The notes under the pieces are model-generated. The model searched no databases. It was not told the origin of the DNA and was given only the letters and a program-made list of their open reading frames with translations. This document shows, piece by piece, positions 1 through 9,785 of a stretch of 64,000 nucleotides of DNA. Position 1 is the first letter of the stretch; the number at the start of each line of letters is the position of its first letter. The position numbers were made by a program, and so were the translations under genes. This DNA is from Candidatus Poribacteria bacterium (lineage in GTDB: Bacteria; Poribacteria; WGA-4E; JAJDTR01), in NCBI GenBank assembly GCA_965222225.1, contig CBDCTK010000002.1, positions 3,616,001 to 3,680,000 on the forward strand, in the 5' to 3' direction.

Positions 1-75
1 GTATTTGGTGCATATTGAGTCTCCAGAAGACAGAGGTGTGTCTCGTGTAGTTTTGTGTATCATGATTTGTGTCAT

Positions 76-617
76 CTAGGTCTGGCTGCGGCGTGCGCGT
101 GCCAATATCTCTTGGACTAACTCAGACTTGGCGTCCGCGTAGTTCTGCCTGTACTTCCAAGTTCGGGCTGCCAATTCGCGCTTTGTTTCTTCGTAAAGCA
201 ATCTATTGTCGGTATTGTTCCGCAGCCGGTCGCGGAACAACAGCATTTGCCCGATCTCCTCACACCCAGCGGAGAAAACATGCAGTTTGCCCTCTACATC
301 CGGTGTTCATGCCAATCCGGTTCCCGATTCCTCAGTGTATATCCCTTTTTCTCCAGCGGTTTGACATATGACGACTCATCGCTAGAATCCGCTACCGCGG
401 TTGATCCCACATGCCCCAACAGCAGTACATTACTTCCGAGTGCTTCACGTATTTGTCTCTTTAGCCGATTGAATAACGACGGCCACGCCGGATCGTACGG
501 AGCCAAGTAAACCGTGCTGTTGAAGGGTTTTCGCTCGCCGACGGTGGCAGCGACGATCTGGTCTTCGGTCAGCGGTGTGGTTGTCCCTGGTGAAGATGTC
601 AATTTATCTTCTTGCAT
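76..617 (-). pseudogene. GrpB/UPF0157-family nucleotidyltransferase-like pseudogene
   Basis: ORF 294..617 has YDPAWP..F and HVGSTAV, but the usual PGLxAKPIIDI segment is deleted. The C-terminus (LHVFSAGCEEIGQMLLFRDRLR...YADAKSELVQEIL*) continues in another frame to a stop at 76-78. Confidence 0.8.
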
Positions 618-644
618 CGACTCGCTCCTTCGCGATCTCGCTGC

Positions 645-1586
645 CTAATAACCCTCTCTTGGAATGCCGGCATCGGGCACAGGGGATGACCGCGGATCGA
701 AGATTTCGTCTACGCCGTAAAATTGCAACCCATCTCGTCCCGTTCCCCGCTCTACCACATCCACTCCGGCCGCCTTATTGCCGCGAATAAAATTGTCGCG
801 CAGCCGCCCGCCATCATACACAGCCCACCCGCCATTCATGATGATATTGTTTGCGATAATCTCAGGCGAAGCGGAGGAATAGCATAGGATTGCGTCACGG
901 TAATTGGCGATAATCTCATTTCGCTGAATCTTTGGCCTCGAATCGTCATCGCAACTGATCCCGTATTCGTTCGCCCTGATTTCGTTATGTGTGATTTCCG
1001 GAGCGGCATTGCCGAGGCACCTGATGGCGGTGCCGTTCGCATCAAGTTGATTCCTGCTGGCAATTGGCGAGGCGTTGTCACAAATGATGGCAGCTTCATT
1101 ATTGCTCAATAGGCAGTCTTCAATCTGTGTGGCGTCGGATTGGCAGATGATGCCATTTATAGCGTCTCGGATACGGCAGTAACCGAGACGCGCATTTTGA
1201 CTTGCGGCGTCGATAAAGATGCCCGCCCAATCCCCCGGTTTCGAATCTTCATCAACGGTACCGAGTGAGCCAAACGTGATAAAGTTGTCAGGCTTTCCCT
1301 CGGCATATAACGCGCCTTGCACAATCAACTGATAGGGCGGATCAGCGGGTTCAAAACCGATAACCGCGCCGGATTGGATAGTTAATGTCACGCCCTCGGC
1401 TACAAGAATATCCCCGGAAACCAGGACTTTGCCCGCCCAAACTTCGTCTGTTACCAATTCACCTGATTTTTCAAGCGGACTCGCGCTCGTGCCGACATCT
1501 GCGATATTGAGTGTGGTTGTTTGGCAACCAAGCCAGAGCACAAGGAGGGGGAGCAAAAGGATTACGTTAACATTCTGAATTTTCAC
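645..1586 (-). CDS. Lipoprotein with right-handed parallel beta-helix (NosD/PbH1) repeats
   Basis: Lipobox-like LWLGC after a hydrophobic stretch. GDWAGI motif followed by repeated I.C..ASP.I..N.I..N units. Confidence 0.8.
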   Translation of the reverse strand: MKIQNVNVILLLPLLVLWLGCQTTTLNIADVGTSASPLEKSGELVTDEVWAGKVLVSGDILVAEGVTLTIQSGAVIGFEPADPPYQLIVQGALYAEGKPDNFITFGSLGTVDEDSKPGDWAGIFIDAASQNARLGYCRIRDAINGIICQSDATQIEDCLLSNNEAAIICDNASPIASRNQLDANGTAIRCLGNAAPEITHNEIRANEYGISCDDDSRPKIQRNEIIANYRDAILCYSSASPEIIANNIIMNGGWAVYDGGRLRDNFIRGNKAAGVDVVERGTGRDGLQFYGVDEIFDPRSSPVPDAGIPREGY

Positions 1587-1587
1587 G

Positions 1588-1815
1588 TTAGGAAGTCCCC
1601 TGTTTCAAATCCTTGAGAATGGCGTGTGCCCCTTTGTGCCCCGGAACACCCATAACTTCGCCCATTGGATGCGTTCCGGCGCCGCACATGTAATAGTTCG
1701 TGACCGATGTCCGGTACGGTTGGCGTTGGGCTAACAACTGATTCGGAATCATGTCCAGATGTCGAATATTGCCGTCGGTCATGCTCACTCTCCTCTGGAT
1801 GTCTAGCGGCGTCAA
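1588..1815 (-). pseudogene. C-terminal remnant of a phytoene dehydrogenase-like FAD oxidoreductase
   Basis: TPLD...GNIRH...YRTSVTNYYMCGAGTHPMGEVMGVPG is the characteristic C-terminal motif. The remaining ~450 aa are absent. Confidence 0.75.
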
Positions 1816-1896
1816 ATTGATTTTTCGACATGTGTTTCCCCTATTTGGTTAATTTCTGCGATGGTCTACGGCATGCATGCGAGCGTGTGAAGTCAG

Positions 1897-2589
1897 CTAT
1901 GACAGAATTAAATACTGTTTGGCAAGATGGTTAAGCGCATCCTTGTAGACTTCAAACATAATCGAGAGCCGGAAAAAGACTTCGTCCAGCTCATATTCGC
2001 GAGCGATTGTATGCCCGGAGGCATGTTCATAGTATTCGCGTCCAAAATCTATGTAGAATTGCGCCCCAACCGGACGATTCGTGTAGCGTTGCCGATATTC
2101 GATTGACTCGGGGAAAAGTCCCGTTACATAGAGGGAATAATTGCCGATATGGGAATAGATCAGGAATTGGCGACGGGGATCGGAATTTTGCGCTTCCTCA
2201 ATCATGTCGGTCAGATAGTTTACCGTCTGTTGATCGTGTTGATAAATCCGGTACAGCCGATTAGTCTGAACAAAAATGCTTAGCAGATTGGAGATATAGT
2301 TGACTACCCGTCGGTCGCCCAGGATACGGCAATCGGTGAGGCTCCGCCGCAACAGCACGCTGAAAAAGAGGAATGGCGAAATCTGCAGTATGCGTTCACT
2401 CGGGTCGCAAATCCTGTCGTATAGGGATTCGCTATTCAATCTTGATTCCAATGCCGCCGGGAGCTCGTGAATCAACGAGGCGATTTCCTCATAGCTATGT
2501 CCCGGCTTGGGAAAATTCTCAATGAGGAACTGTACGTCTCGGTCTGTCAAACCGTTGAAATCCGTGCGGGCAAAATCGGGTGCTGGCAT
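1897..2589 (-). CDS. Conserved hypothetical protein
   Basis: 230-aa ORF with an SD (aaggagg) upstream. Contains a HIGNYSLYVTGLFPE...YIDFGREYY motif of an uncharacterised helical family. Confidence 0.8.
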   Translation of the reverse strand: MPAPDFARTDFNGLTDRDVQFLIENFPKPGHSYEEIASLIHELPAALESRLNSESLYDRICDPSERILQISPFLFFSVLLRRSLTDCRILGDRRVVNYISNLLSIFVQTNRLYRIYQHDQQTVNYLTDMIEEAQNSDPRRQFLIYSHIGNYSLYVTGLFPESIEYRQRYTNRPVGAQFYIDFGREYYEHASGHTIAREYELDEVFFRLSIMFEVYKDALNHLAKQYLILS

Positions 2590-2719
2590 TGTGGGTTCCT
2601 CCTTGGATTGGGTAAATCATAGCACATCGCAAAAAAGTGTGTCAACGGGATTTCCCAGTGCGGTTTGCGGGAATCCCATCCGAACGGGCATTTCGCTCCG
2701 ACGGAACAACGTAGCAATG

Positions 2720-2741
2720 GGGAACGCAGATCTGCGTTCCC
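2720..2741. repeat. REP-like palindrome, family A (GGGAACGCAGATCTGCGTTCCC)
   Basis: Perfect 22-bp palindrome. Related copies at 31251-31278 and 58207-58248. Confidence 0.8.
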
Positions 2742-2879
2742 TACAAATGACGAAATGGCAATTACTAGGTAGATTCGGTGGCAACACGGGTAGTTTTTTC
2801 GATGTTCGCCACACTGTGCTAGGACTAAATTCCGCTTGCATTCGGACCGGAATCGTGATAAGATGCAATCACACCCGCA

Positions 2880-3133
2880 TCGTTACAACGTCTGTGCTCA
2901 TCCCTCACGCCGTACATTCCGAACCTGAAAATCTCGCCAATTGGTGCCGTGGATACACCGTTGGCTGTCAAGGTTCGGTCTTTGTTTATTGTAGCCTGTT
3001 TGCTTTTGGCAAACTGTCGTTGGAGTTTTGCGGTTCAGAGGTACTCTTTCTCCTGATTGCGCTGCTGACGGGAGCCCAAACCTATCAAGGATTGCCGTTC
3101 AATGGGGCTAGGGGTGAAGAAGAAGAGGTGTAA
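2880..3133 (+). pseudogene. Possible C-terminal remnant of a membrane transporter (sodium:solute symporter-like)
   Basis: Translation ...GSVFVYCSLFAFGKLSL...LFLLIALLTG...EEEEV* ends just before kdsB and resembles the last helices of SSS proteins. Weak match. Confidence 0.3.
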
Positions 3134-3137
3134 CAGC

Positions 3138-3863
3138 ATGAAAACCGTAGGGGTAATTCCCGCGCGGTACGCGTCAAGTCGATTTGAAGGCAAGCCGCTG
3201 GTGGACATTCGCGGTAAACCGATGATTCAGCATGTCTATGAGCGGGCCTCACGCGCCAAGAGGCTAGACGAGATTGTGGTTGCCACCGATGATTCGCGTA
3301 TCCACGACGCGGTTAGGGGCTTTGGTGGGAAAGTGGTCATGACGCCGGAGTTCCCCACAGGGACGGATCGGGTGGCATATGTGGCGGAACATTTGAGGTG
3401 CGATGTTGTCGCCAACCTACAAGGCGACGAGCCGCTGCTCGAACCGATGATGCTCGACCAGATGATTCAGCCGTTTCAGGACAATCCGGAGGTACAGGTC
3501 AGCACGCTAAAACAGCGTGTCGATAACGAAGCGGAATATCGGGATGTCAATGTTGTGAAGGTTGTCACCGATCTGGACGGATTCGCCCTGTACTTCTCCA
3601 GAGCGTCCATCCCCGGAAACCTCTCGAACGATTGGATAGAAACCAATCCAATTTATCGTCACGTCGGGCTTTACGCCTATCGGAAAGAGTGCCTGCTGAC
3701 TTTCACGAAGTGGGCGCGCGCGCCGTATGAGAGTTCGGAAGGCTTGGAACAGTTGCGTTTCATGGAACACGGTGTCGGGATTCGCGTCGTTGAGACGGAG
3801 CATCGGTTGATCGGTGTAGATGTGCCCGCAGATTTGGAGCGCGTTCTTTCGATCATGGAGTGA
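3138..3863 (+). CDS. kdsB: 3-deoxy-manno-octulosonate cytidylyltransferase
   Basis: IPARYASSRFEGKPL, TGTDRV, NLQGDEP, ALYFSR, HVGLYAYR and EGLEQLR motifs. SD gaggtg before ATG at 3138. Confidence 0.97.
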   Translation: MKTVGVIPARYASSRFEGKPLVDIRGKPMIQHVYERASRAKRLDEIVVATDDSRIHDAVRGFGGKVVMTPEFPTGTDRVAYVAEHLRCDVVANLQGDEPLLEPMMLDQMIQPFQDNPEVQVSTLKQRVDNEAEYRDVNVVKVVTDLDGFALYFSRASIPGNLSNDWIETNPIYRHVGLYAYRKECLLTFTKWARAPYESSEGLEQLRFMEHGVGIRVVETEHRLIGVDVPADLERVLSIME

Positions 3864-3894
3864 CGTTGGCTCAATGTGAACCGTCTAAAATTTT

Positions 3895-3995
3895 GTAGGT
3901 TGGGTTGAAACGAAGAATCAGATGTTCCAAGAACAAGACTTCCCTTACAGGGCTCCTACTTCATTCAGTTTTCACATGTCCGAGTGAAACCCAAC
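3895..3995. repeat. REP/MITE-like element, family B (GTAGGTTGGGTTGA...CGAGTGAAACCCAAC)
   Basis: A copy with the same ends and the same ~101-bp length lies at 59597-59697. Partial or reverse copies at 17712-17762 and 31158-31172. Confidence 0.75.
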
Positions 3996-4022
3996 TTAAA
4001 AGAGGCTCTCACGATTTTTCTC

Positions 4023-4051
4023 TTGCACTCCATCAGATGATGGAGTACAAT
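4023..4051 (+). promoter_or_regulatory. Sigma70-type promoter of tRNA-Ala with a palindromic spacer
   Basis: TTGCAC-N17-TACAAT lies 11 nt upstream of the tRNA. The span is a 13-bp inverted repeat with 1 mismatch. Confidence 0.75.
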
Positions 4052-4062
4052 ATCAATAAGGT

Positions 4063-4138
<76 letters not shown>

Positions 4139-4188
4139 TTTTTTTTGCCCGCAGCTTCGGATTGTCTCCCGCGTCAAGGAAAAATTCA

Positions 4189-4677
4189 CTACTTCTCGCT
4201 ACTCTCCCGAACCTCGCCATCCTTCGTCTTTGAGTTCTCGCCCCCATCTCGCGCCCGTCCCCGCCCGATTCGACGAGTCAAGCCGTTATCCAATACGCCC
4301 AAGATAGTGAGGTGAAGTTGGGCGCGCACGGGCAAGGTTTCAATCAGCGCCTCTTCAACGGACTGTATCTCCTGTTTCTTTGTTAGCCGCTGTTGACGGA
4401 GTTTTGTGAGTGTCTCTCCGATTTTGTCTTCGGAGGCAACTTTGTCTCGGGCTAATCGGTTCAGGATTTTCAGATTGTTGAGCGCCTGAATATGGGCTTG
4501 ACGTTTCAGTTCCCAAAGCGCTTTAGCCTGAGTTTTCTGGGCTTCCGTCACTCCGAGTTCGGCTAGAGTGACATTATCTTCAGCCGCCGCATCGTCTTTC
4601 TGCGCCTGCGCCATCAACCCGAACACGATGGCGAACACCGTCAGGGAACACACCACACCAATACTAAGTTTTCGCAT
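4189..4677 (-). CDS. Secreted helical protein, Spy/CpxP (LTxxQ)-like
   Basis: Signal peptide, LGVTEAQK motif, coiled-coil body. Confidence 0.65.
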   Translation of the reverse strand: MRKLSIGVVCSLTVFAIVFGLMAQAQKDDAAAEDNVTLAELGVTEAQKTQAKALWELKRQAHIQALNNLKILNRLARDKVASEDKIGETLTKLRQQRLTKKQEIQSVEEALIETLPVRAQLHLTILGVLDNGLTRRIGRGRARDGGENSKTKDGEVRESSEK

Positions 4678-4889
4678 ATCTTATCCTTTTGCAACGGTAA
4701 AGGGGTTGCATGGCTTCATCAGGCACCATTTTGCCCGCAGCCACCGTGACGAATCCGAGCCGCGATTCGGAAGAGGCTCTCTATCAATCAACCGACCGAC
4801 CGAATAGGGAGCAGGAAATTCTATCGCAGTCACTATCGTTCCTTTGATCGATAGGAAATCCTGATCGTTATCCACTCGTTTAATCGCTC

Positions 4890-6509
4890 CTACGGTGCTC
4901 CTTCTATTTCCTCAGCTTCGCCAGCTTTCGTCTTGTAGGATTCCCGGATCCAACTTTCGAGTACGTCATCAGGATTCTCTACCACCTCTTTGGTGAAAGC
5001 GAACTCTCTCCGCCCCGTATTCTGCCTAATCAGATTGAGTCCGTGCTGGCAACTCTGAAGTATCTCTTCGCAGATCTCGTCAGGGGGACACTCCCGATCT
5101 TCCGCTTTTTTGCAGATGAGATCTGTCGCTTCATCGTCAAAGGACACTTGCATCTTATGTTCGTCCTTGAACCGCACTCCGTATTGACGAATTTGTTCGT
5201 GCATCACGATTTGACGGTTATAAGCAGTGTCTCCCACAATGAGTTCCAACTCTCCCGCCGGATCGCCAACCACCCGTTCAGTGACGACAAACTCTTTAAG
5301 CGAGGTGGAAGGGAGTTCGAATTTGTAATCGCGGAGCACCTTCTCACACACGGTCATCAGTGCACGCGCTCCCGTTTTCTGGACATACGCCTTTTCGGCA
5401 ATTTGACGCAGCCCCTTGTCCGAGAACGTCACGTTGATTCCGTACGCACGGAAAGCCTGCTCGTATTGGCGGATGATTGACCCTTCGGAATGATTCAAAA
5501 TGTAATGCAGATCGTCTACCGATAGATTCTGACAGATGACGTGGACCGGTAGGCGTCCAATGAATTCGGGTTCAAACCCGTACTCGATAAAATCCTGCGG
5601 TGTCACAAATTGGTGGTAGTCCTCTTCCTCCCCTTCGCTTTGCACCGATGCGTTGAATCCCAGTTTTCTCTGGTTCATTCGTTTCTTGATAATATCAGCC
5701 AGCCCGGTGAACGCACCGCTGATGATGAAAAGAATGTGGCGAGTGTTGACAATCTGTTTGTCGACTTTGCCTTTCTGTTGGAATTCCATCATGGCTTGCA
5801 TCTGAGAGGCAACATCGTGCCCGCTCCGAAGATCGACCTCGGTTTCCTCCATCAGCTTGAGCAGCCCTATCTGAACGCCGCGCCCGCTGACATCGCGTCC
5901 GATGATATTCGGAGGTGTAGCGATTTTGTCGGCTTCGTCAAGGTAGATGATACCGTATTGCGCGAGTTCGACATCGTCATCCGCTTGAGTGACCAGATCG
6001 CGTATCATGTCATCGACGTTGGCTCCCACATATCCGGTTTCGCTGAAACGGGTCGCATCCGCTTTGACAAACGGCACGCCAATCAGTTTCGCAATATTAC
6101 GGATGAGGTATGTCTTGCCTACGCCGGTGGGACCAAGCATGACGATATTTTGCTTCGAGTAATCGGCATCCGCGAGTTTCGGGTCCTCGTGGCATGCGCG
6201 CACATGGTTGTAGTGATCGCAGACTGCGATCGCCAGCGCCTTCTTTGCCTCGTCCTGTTGAATTACATATCGATCGAGATGCTGCTTAATCTCTCTAGGT
6301 TTGAGATCGAATTTCGGATCGAAGGCGCGCTTGGGTTCAGGCGGCTCTTCATCGGTCGTCTTCGCTGGAGCCGGTTGTGCGCCCGCCATAACGAGGCGCA
6401 CGTTTCCGCCGTATTTTTGCTTGACCAAATCTTCAAACTCCTTCTGAAGTTCTTCCGGAGTTGGAATCTTTTTGTTGTCCGTTTGATTTGACATATTCTT
6501 AATCACCAT
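4890..6509 (-). CDS. clpX: ClpX-like AAA+ ATPase lacking the N-terminal Zn-binding domain
   Basis: GPTGVGKT, DATRFSETGYVG, YLDEADK, RDVSGRGVQ, LGF loop, PEFIGRLP, TGARAL. No C4 zinc finger. C-terminal extension present. Confidence 0.85.
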   Translation of the reverse strand: MVIKNMSNQTDNKKIPTPEELQKEFEDLVKQKYGGNVRLVMAGAQPAPAKTTDEEPPEPKRAFDPKFDLKPREIKQHLDRYVIQQDEAKKALAIAVCDHYNHVRACHEDPKLADADYSKQNIVMLGPTGVGKTYLIRNIAKLIGVPFVKADATRFSETGYVGANVDDMIRDLVTQADDDVELAQYGIIYLDEADKIATPPNIIGRDVSGRGVQIGLLKLMEETEVDLRSGHDVASQMQAMMEFQQKGKVDKQIVNTRHILFIISGAFTGLADIIKKRMNQRKLGFNASVQSEGEEEDYHQFVTPQDFIEYGFEPEFIGRLPVHVICQNLSVDDLHYILNHSEGSIIRQYEQAFRAYGINVTFSDKGLRQIAEKAYVQKTGARALMTVCEKVLRDYKFELPSTSLKEFVVTERVVGDPAGELELIVGDTAYNRQIVMHEQIRQYGVRFKDEHKMQVSFDDEATDLICKKAEDRECPPDEICEEILQSCQHGLNLIRQNTGRREFAFTKEVVENPDDVLESWIRESYKTKAGEAEEIEGAP

Positions 6510-6609
6510 TCGTTATTTCCATAAATCCCTAAAAGGAGCTTAACGTTGTGTGCTTATAGCCTAACAGAAACCTAGTTTTCAAGAGGGACTCTGAAATTTG
6601 CATCGTCAT

Positions 6610-6876
6610 TTAATCTTTTTTTTCAACGACCGACGGATTTGCTTTGTACAACTTGAAATCATCCATTTGAATGACAACCGTCCTCAAATCCGCTTTGATT
6701 TGGTCGAGATTCGTTTGCATGTTTGAGATTAGATTACGACACTTAGTTACTTCGTCTGCACTTACAGTGTTCGACTTGGTGCGGTTCTTGACCACAAACT
6801 TCACAAGTTCCGCGATAATCCCAACAATCGCGATTATCGTAATAAACGGCATCGCTGCCCATAATCCCGTCCTCAA
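6610..6876 (-). CDS. Small membrane-anchored coiled-coil protein
   Basis: One TM helix followed by a heptad-like segment. Start codon uncertain. Confidence 0.55.
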   Translation of the reverse strand: MRTGLWAAMPFITIIAIVGIIAELVKFVVKNRTKSNTVSADEVTKCRNLISNMQTNLDQIKADLRTVVIQMDDFKLYKANPSVVEKKD

Positions 6877-6950
6877 TCCTCCTTATTCTGATATCGGCAT
6901 CGTAATCGTCTATCAAGATTGAGAACTACGAGTCGACTGTTGTTGCACCT

Positions 6951-8498
6951 TTATTGGACGTTTACATACATAAATGGCGGCATTGTCAACGCCACAACAT
7001 CATCTTCACTGGAGACTTCTCGCGCCATACCGAGGGCGTCGTTCAAATTCCTTGCCCAATCCACGCCCAGTCGCTTGGCAACGCGGCCATCCTTCGGTCC
7101 AACGAGGATAACCTTGGAGAGATATTTCAATGCGTAGGTCGCCCAATACCAAACCGTAAATGGATGAAACCCGTGATACGCAAATTTGTTGCGATAACAG
7201 TCGATTAGGAAGGGGTCATGGGCGAATTTCTCTTGGAAGTTATTCTGCATTTCAAACGGTTCGGTAGTTTCGCTGAGCACTTCTTCGAAGAATTGCCGGT
7301 AGGGCACATGATACTCCTCATGAAAGATTTCGAATGTCGGATTCATGATAATCACGACGCCCCCTTCCTTAATCAACGGCTTGTTATAAAACCAGTTGAA
7401 TATATACCCTAGGATGTCGCTGACGACCAGGATGGGGTTGATTCGTGCGCCGATGGCATACGGTGTCAAGTCGGGAAGACCAAAGACCAATGTGCTGTAT
7501 TGGCGCGGGACATCAATCATCAACTGGTCTTTCATGACTTGAAGGGTTTTCGGGTGTACGCCATCAATCGTTCCGACGTTGATTTCGACAGGTTCATAGT
7601 CGGTGCGAATGCTTTTGAATATATTAGACCTCAATCCCTCCGGCAACATTGACATCGTCCCCGGTGTGCAGGCTTTTATGACCCGCTCGAAGAGGTTGCA
7701 TCGGTTGTTTGGCTTGCCCAGATAGCGCAGGTGCAGCGGATAGATAGCGTCATTCATGGCTGCTTCCAGCACCATGATTTTGCTATTCTTCTCAACGACA
7801 CGGCTCATCCGCTCAATGCAGTCATGCATGTTTGAATGCTCAGGTTGCATAACGTGCGGGTTTTCCGCGGTCATGTGCGGCGAGTGGTGCGGCGCAATCG
7901 AATTGTACGTGCCCATCCCGACGGCAACGGACTTGTGCCCACCGTTAAGCGGGATCTGGATGGTATCCACATAGATGACTATATCGCTCGCTACAACCGC
8001 GCGGTCGGTTTCAACGATTTCATCCTGCTCCGTTTTGCCCAGACTGACGATATTGTCGGGATCCTCCGCGTCGAAGTTTCTCACCTGATGAGGGAAAAAC
8101 TCACGCATGATTTCCTTGCCCAGCATGTAGGCTAGCTCGGGCGTTTTCATCTTGCGGTGGAGCCCGCCAGCACACACCAGTTGTATGTTAGCCTTTTCGG
8201 CGCCGTAGGAGTAGAGCATTGAAATCAACGTTTCAATCATGACTTGGCGCAGGTCGGGCTTTTTCGTCATTGGAAACGGTTGGCAATTGTTGTCGAAAGC
8301 GATCAAAATCTTGGTGTTTCCATCAACGAGTTCGCGCAACGGCGGCATCCCTAACGGATTTTCAAAAGCATTTTTAACGCGGGCTGGAATGTCGGCGCGT
8401 TTGATGCCGGCGATTGGCGGTTTCGCATAGTAAATCTGTGAGTTATCAGGCAATTCTGCGTTGATAAGGTGATTGCCGAAATAGGTCAAGTATTTCAT
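6951..8498 (-). CDS. Lactate racemase (LarA/DUF2088) domain protein
   Basis: AFENPLGMPPLRELV, GLHRKM, NFDAED and GGHKSVAVG motifs. ATG at 8498 preferred as start. Confidence 0.85.
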   Translation of the reverse strand: MKYLTYFGNHLINAELPDNSQIYYAKPPIAGIKRADIPARVKNAFENPLGMPPLRELVDGNTKILIAFDNNCQPFPMTKKPDLRQVMIETLISMLYSYGAEKANIQLVCAGGLHRKMKTPELAYMLGKEIMREFFPHQVRNFDAEDPDNIVSLGKTEQDEIVETDRAVVASDIVIYVDTIQIPLNGGHKSVAVGMGTYNSIAPHHSPHMTAENPHVMQPEHSNMHDCIERMSRVVEKNSKIMVLEAAMNDAIYPLHLRYLGKPNNRCNLFERVIKACTPGTMSMLPEGLRSNIFKSIRTDYEPVEINVGTIDGVHPKTLQVMKDQLMIDVPRQYSTLVFGLPDLTPYAIGARINPILVVSDILGYIFNWFYNKPLIKEGGVVIIMNPTFEIFHEEYHVPYRQFFEEVLSETTEPFEMQNNFQEKFAHDPFLIDCYRNKFAYHGFHPFTVWYWATYALKYLSKVILVGPKDGRVAKRLGVDWARNLNDALGMAREVSSEDDVVALTMPPFMYVNVQ

Positions 8499-8561
8499 AG
8501 GTTGTTTTCCTTCGCAGGCACACCAATATTGCGAGCAACGGCAAGTTACTCCGTCCAATGC

Positions 8562-9785
8562 TCATCTCTGGAGGTCAAAGATTGTTTTCACCGTTCCTGA
8601 ACGTCCCGTGTGCAGCGCTGTCTCAATCGCGTCTCGGTAATCTTGCAGCGGAAATCGATCTCCGATTAAGGGCAGTAGCTGCTTCCCCATCTGTCCCAAA
8701 AGCAGAATCCCAAGCTCAAAAGTCCGAATCCGACTATCGTTATAGTTTTCCACGCCGTAGGTGTAAGCCCCGCTGACCTTCAATTCCTTGTACCAGATGG
8801 ATGTCCAATCAATATTCTTGGGAATAGCCGGCATTCCGACGACGAGGACGCGTCCTTGTGCCCGAGTAAAGCGCAGCGCATCGTCAATCGTGGTGGACGA
8901 GGCGACACAGTCAAACGTAACATCGGCGCCACCAAGCAAAACGGGTTTGCCCAACTCCGGTTGATGGGCTTCCGCCCCCGTCAAGCGGCAAAAATTGGCG
9001 TATAGATGCTTATCGTGTGAAATAACCTCGTCGGCGCCAAGTTCGCGCGCCAGTTTCTGTTGATGCGGGTATTTGGCGACAATAAGGATCCGGTTCGTTT
9101 TTTCGAGGGCGCGGATGACTGCCACTGTGAGTAAGCCCATGGTCCCCGCGCCGATAATCAGGATTTCATCTCTTTCATCCAAATCCGATTTGAGAACGCC
9201 GTGCAGCGCACAAGCAAACGGCTCGGCGAGTACGGCAATCTCATCGGAAAGCTCTTCGGGAACATGATGAAGTTGATTCTGATGGGCGATCAAGTATTCG
9301 CTCCAACCGCCGCCAGTGTCTCGGCAGTAACCGGTCTGGATTCCCGAGGAGATATTTCCCTTCGTAATGTTTTCGCAATTGGCAAACTGTCCACGCTGAC
9401 ACTGATGGCAAAACGGCTGAATTCCTCGGATAGCGCAGGATAACACAGGCTCAATGACGATTCGATCGCCGACAGCGTACCCTTCAACCTCGTCGCCGAC
9501 TTCCGCGATTTCCCCAACGACTTCGTGTCCCAACACAAATGGGGTAGAGGTGAAGGGGGAAAAATATGGGCTCCCCTTCGCGGTAATCGTCGCGAGATCG
9601 GAGCCACAAATCCCGCTCAAGCGCGTTTTGATTTTTACCCACTGTGCGCCAATCACTTGTGGCTCACTGATTTCAGCGAGATGTATGCACGAAACTCCAG
9701 AGGTGTACAATCCGCCGATGTGCTTGCCCAGCAGTCGAACAGCCAAATACCGCGGGATGCTTTTGACGTATTGAATTGCCTGCAT
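8562..9785 (-). CDS. Zinc-binding (MDR) alcohol dehydrogenase
   Basis: GICGSD, LGHEVVG, structural-Zn cysteines, GAGTMG. Confidence 0.92.
   Translation of the reverse strand: MQAIQYVKSIPRYLAVRLLGKHIGGLYTSGVSCIHLAEISEPQVIGAQWVKIKTRLSGICGSDLATITAKGSPYFSPFTSTPFVLGHEVVGEIAEVGDEVEGYAVGDRIVIEPVLSCAIRGIQPFCHQCQRGQFANCENITKGNISSGIQTGYCRDTGGGWSEYLIAHQNQLHHVPEELSDEIAVLAEPFACALHGVLKSDLDERDEILIIGAGTMGLLTVAVIRALEKTNRILIVAKYPHQQKLARELGADEVISHDKHLYANFCRLTGAEAHQPELGKPVLLGGADVTFDCVASSTTIDDALRFTRAQGRVLVVGMPAIPKNIDWTSIWYKELKVSGAYTYGVENYNDSRIRTFELGILLLGQMGKQLLPLIGDRFPLQDYRDAIETALHTGRSGTVKTIFDLQR

Noticed and set aside
4681-4875. Small ORF between clpX and the Spy-like gene
   Set aside because: Its 5' half overlaps family C repeats, and it has no SD or motif support.
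5043-6491. Long plus-strand ORFs (5043..5480, 5610..6491) and similar shadow ORFs elsewhere
   Set aside because: They are antisense to well-supported genes and have no recognisable motifs.
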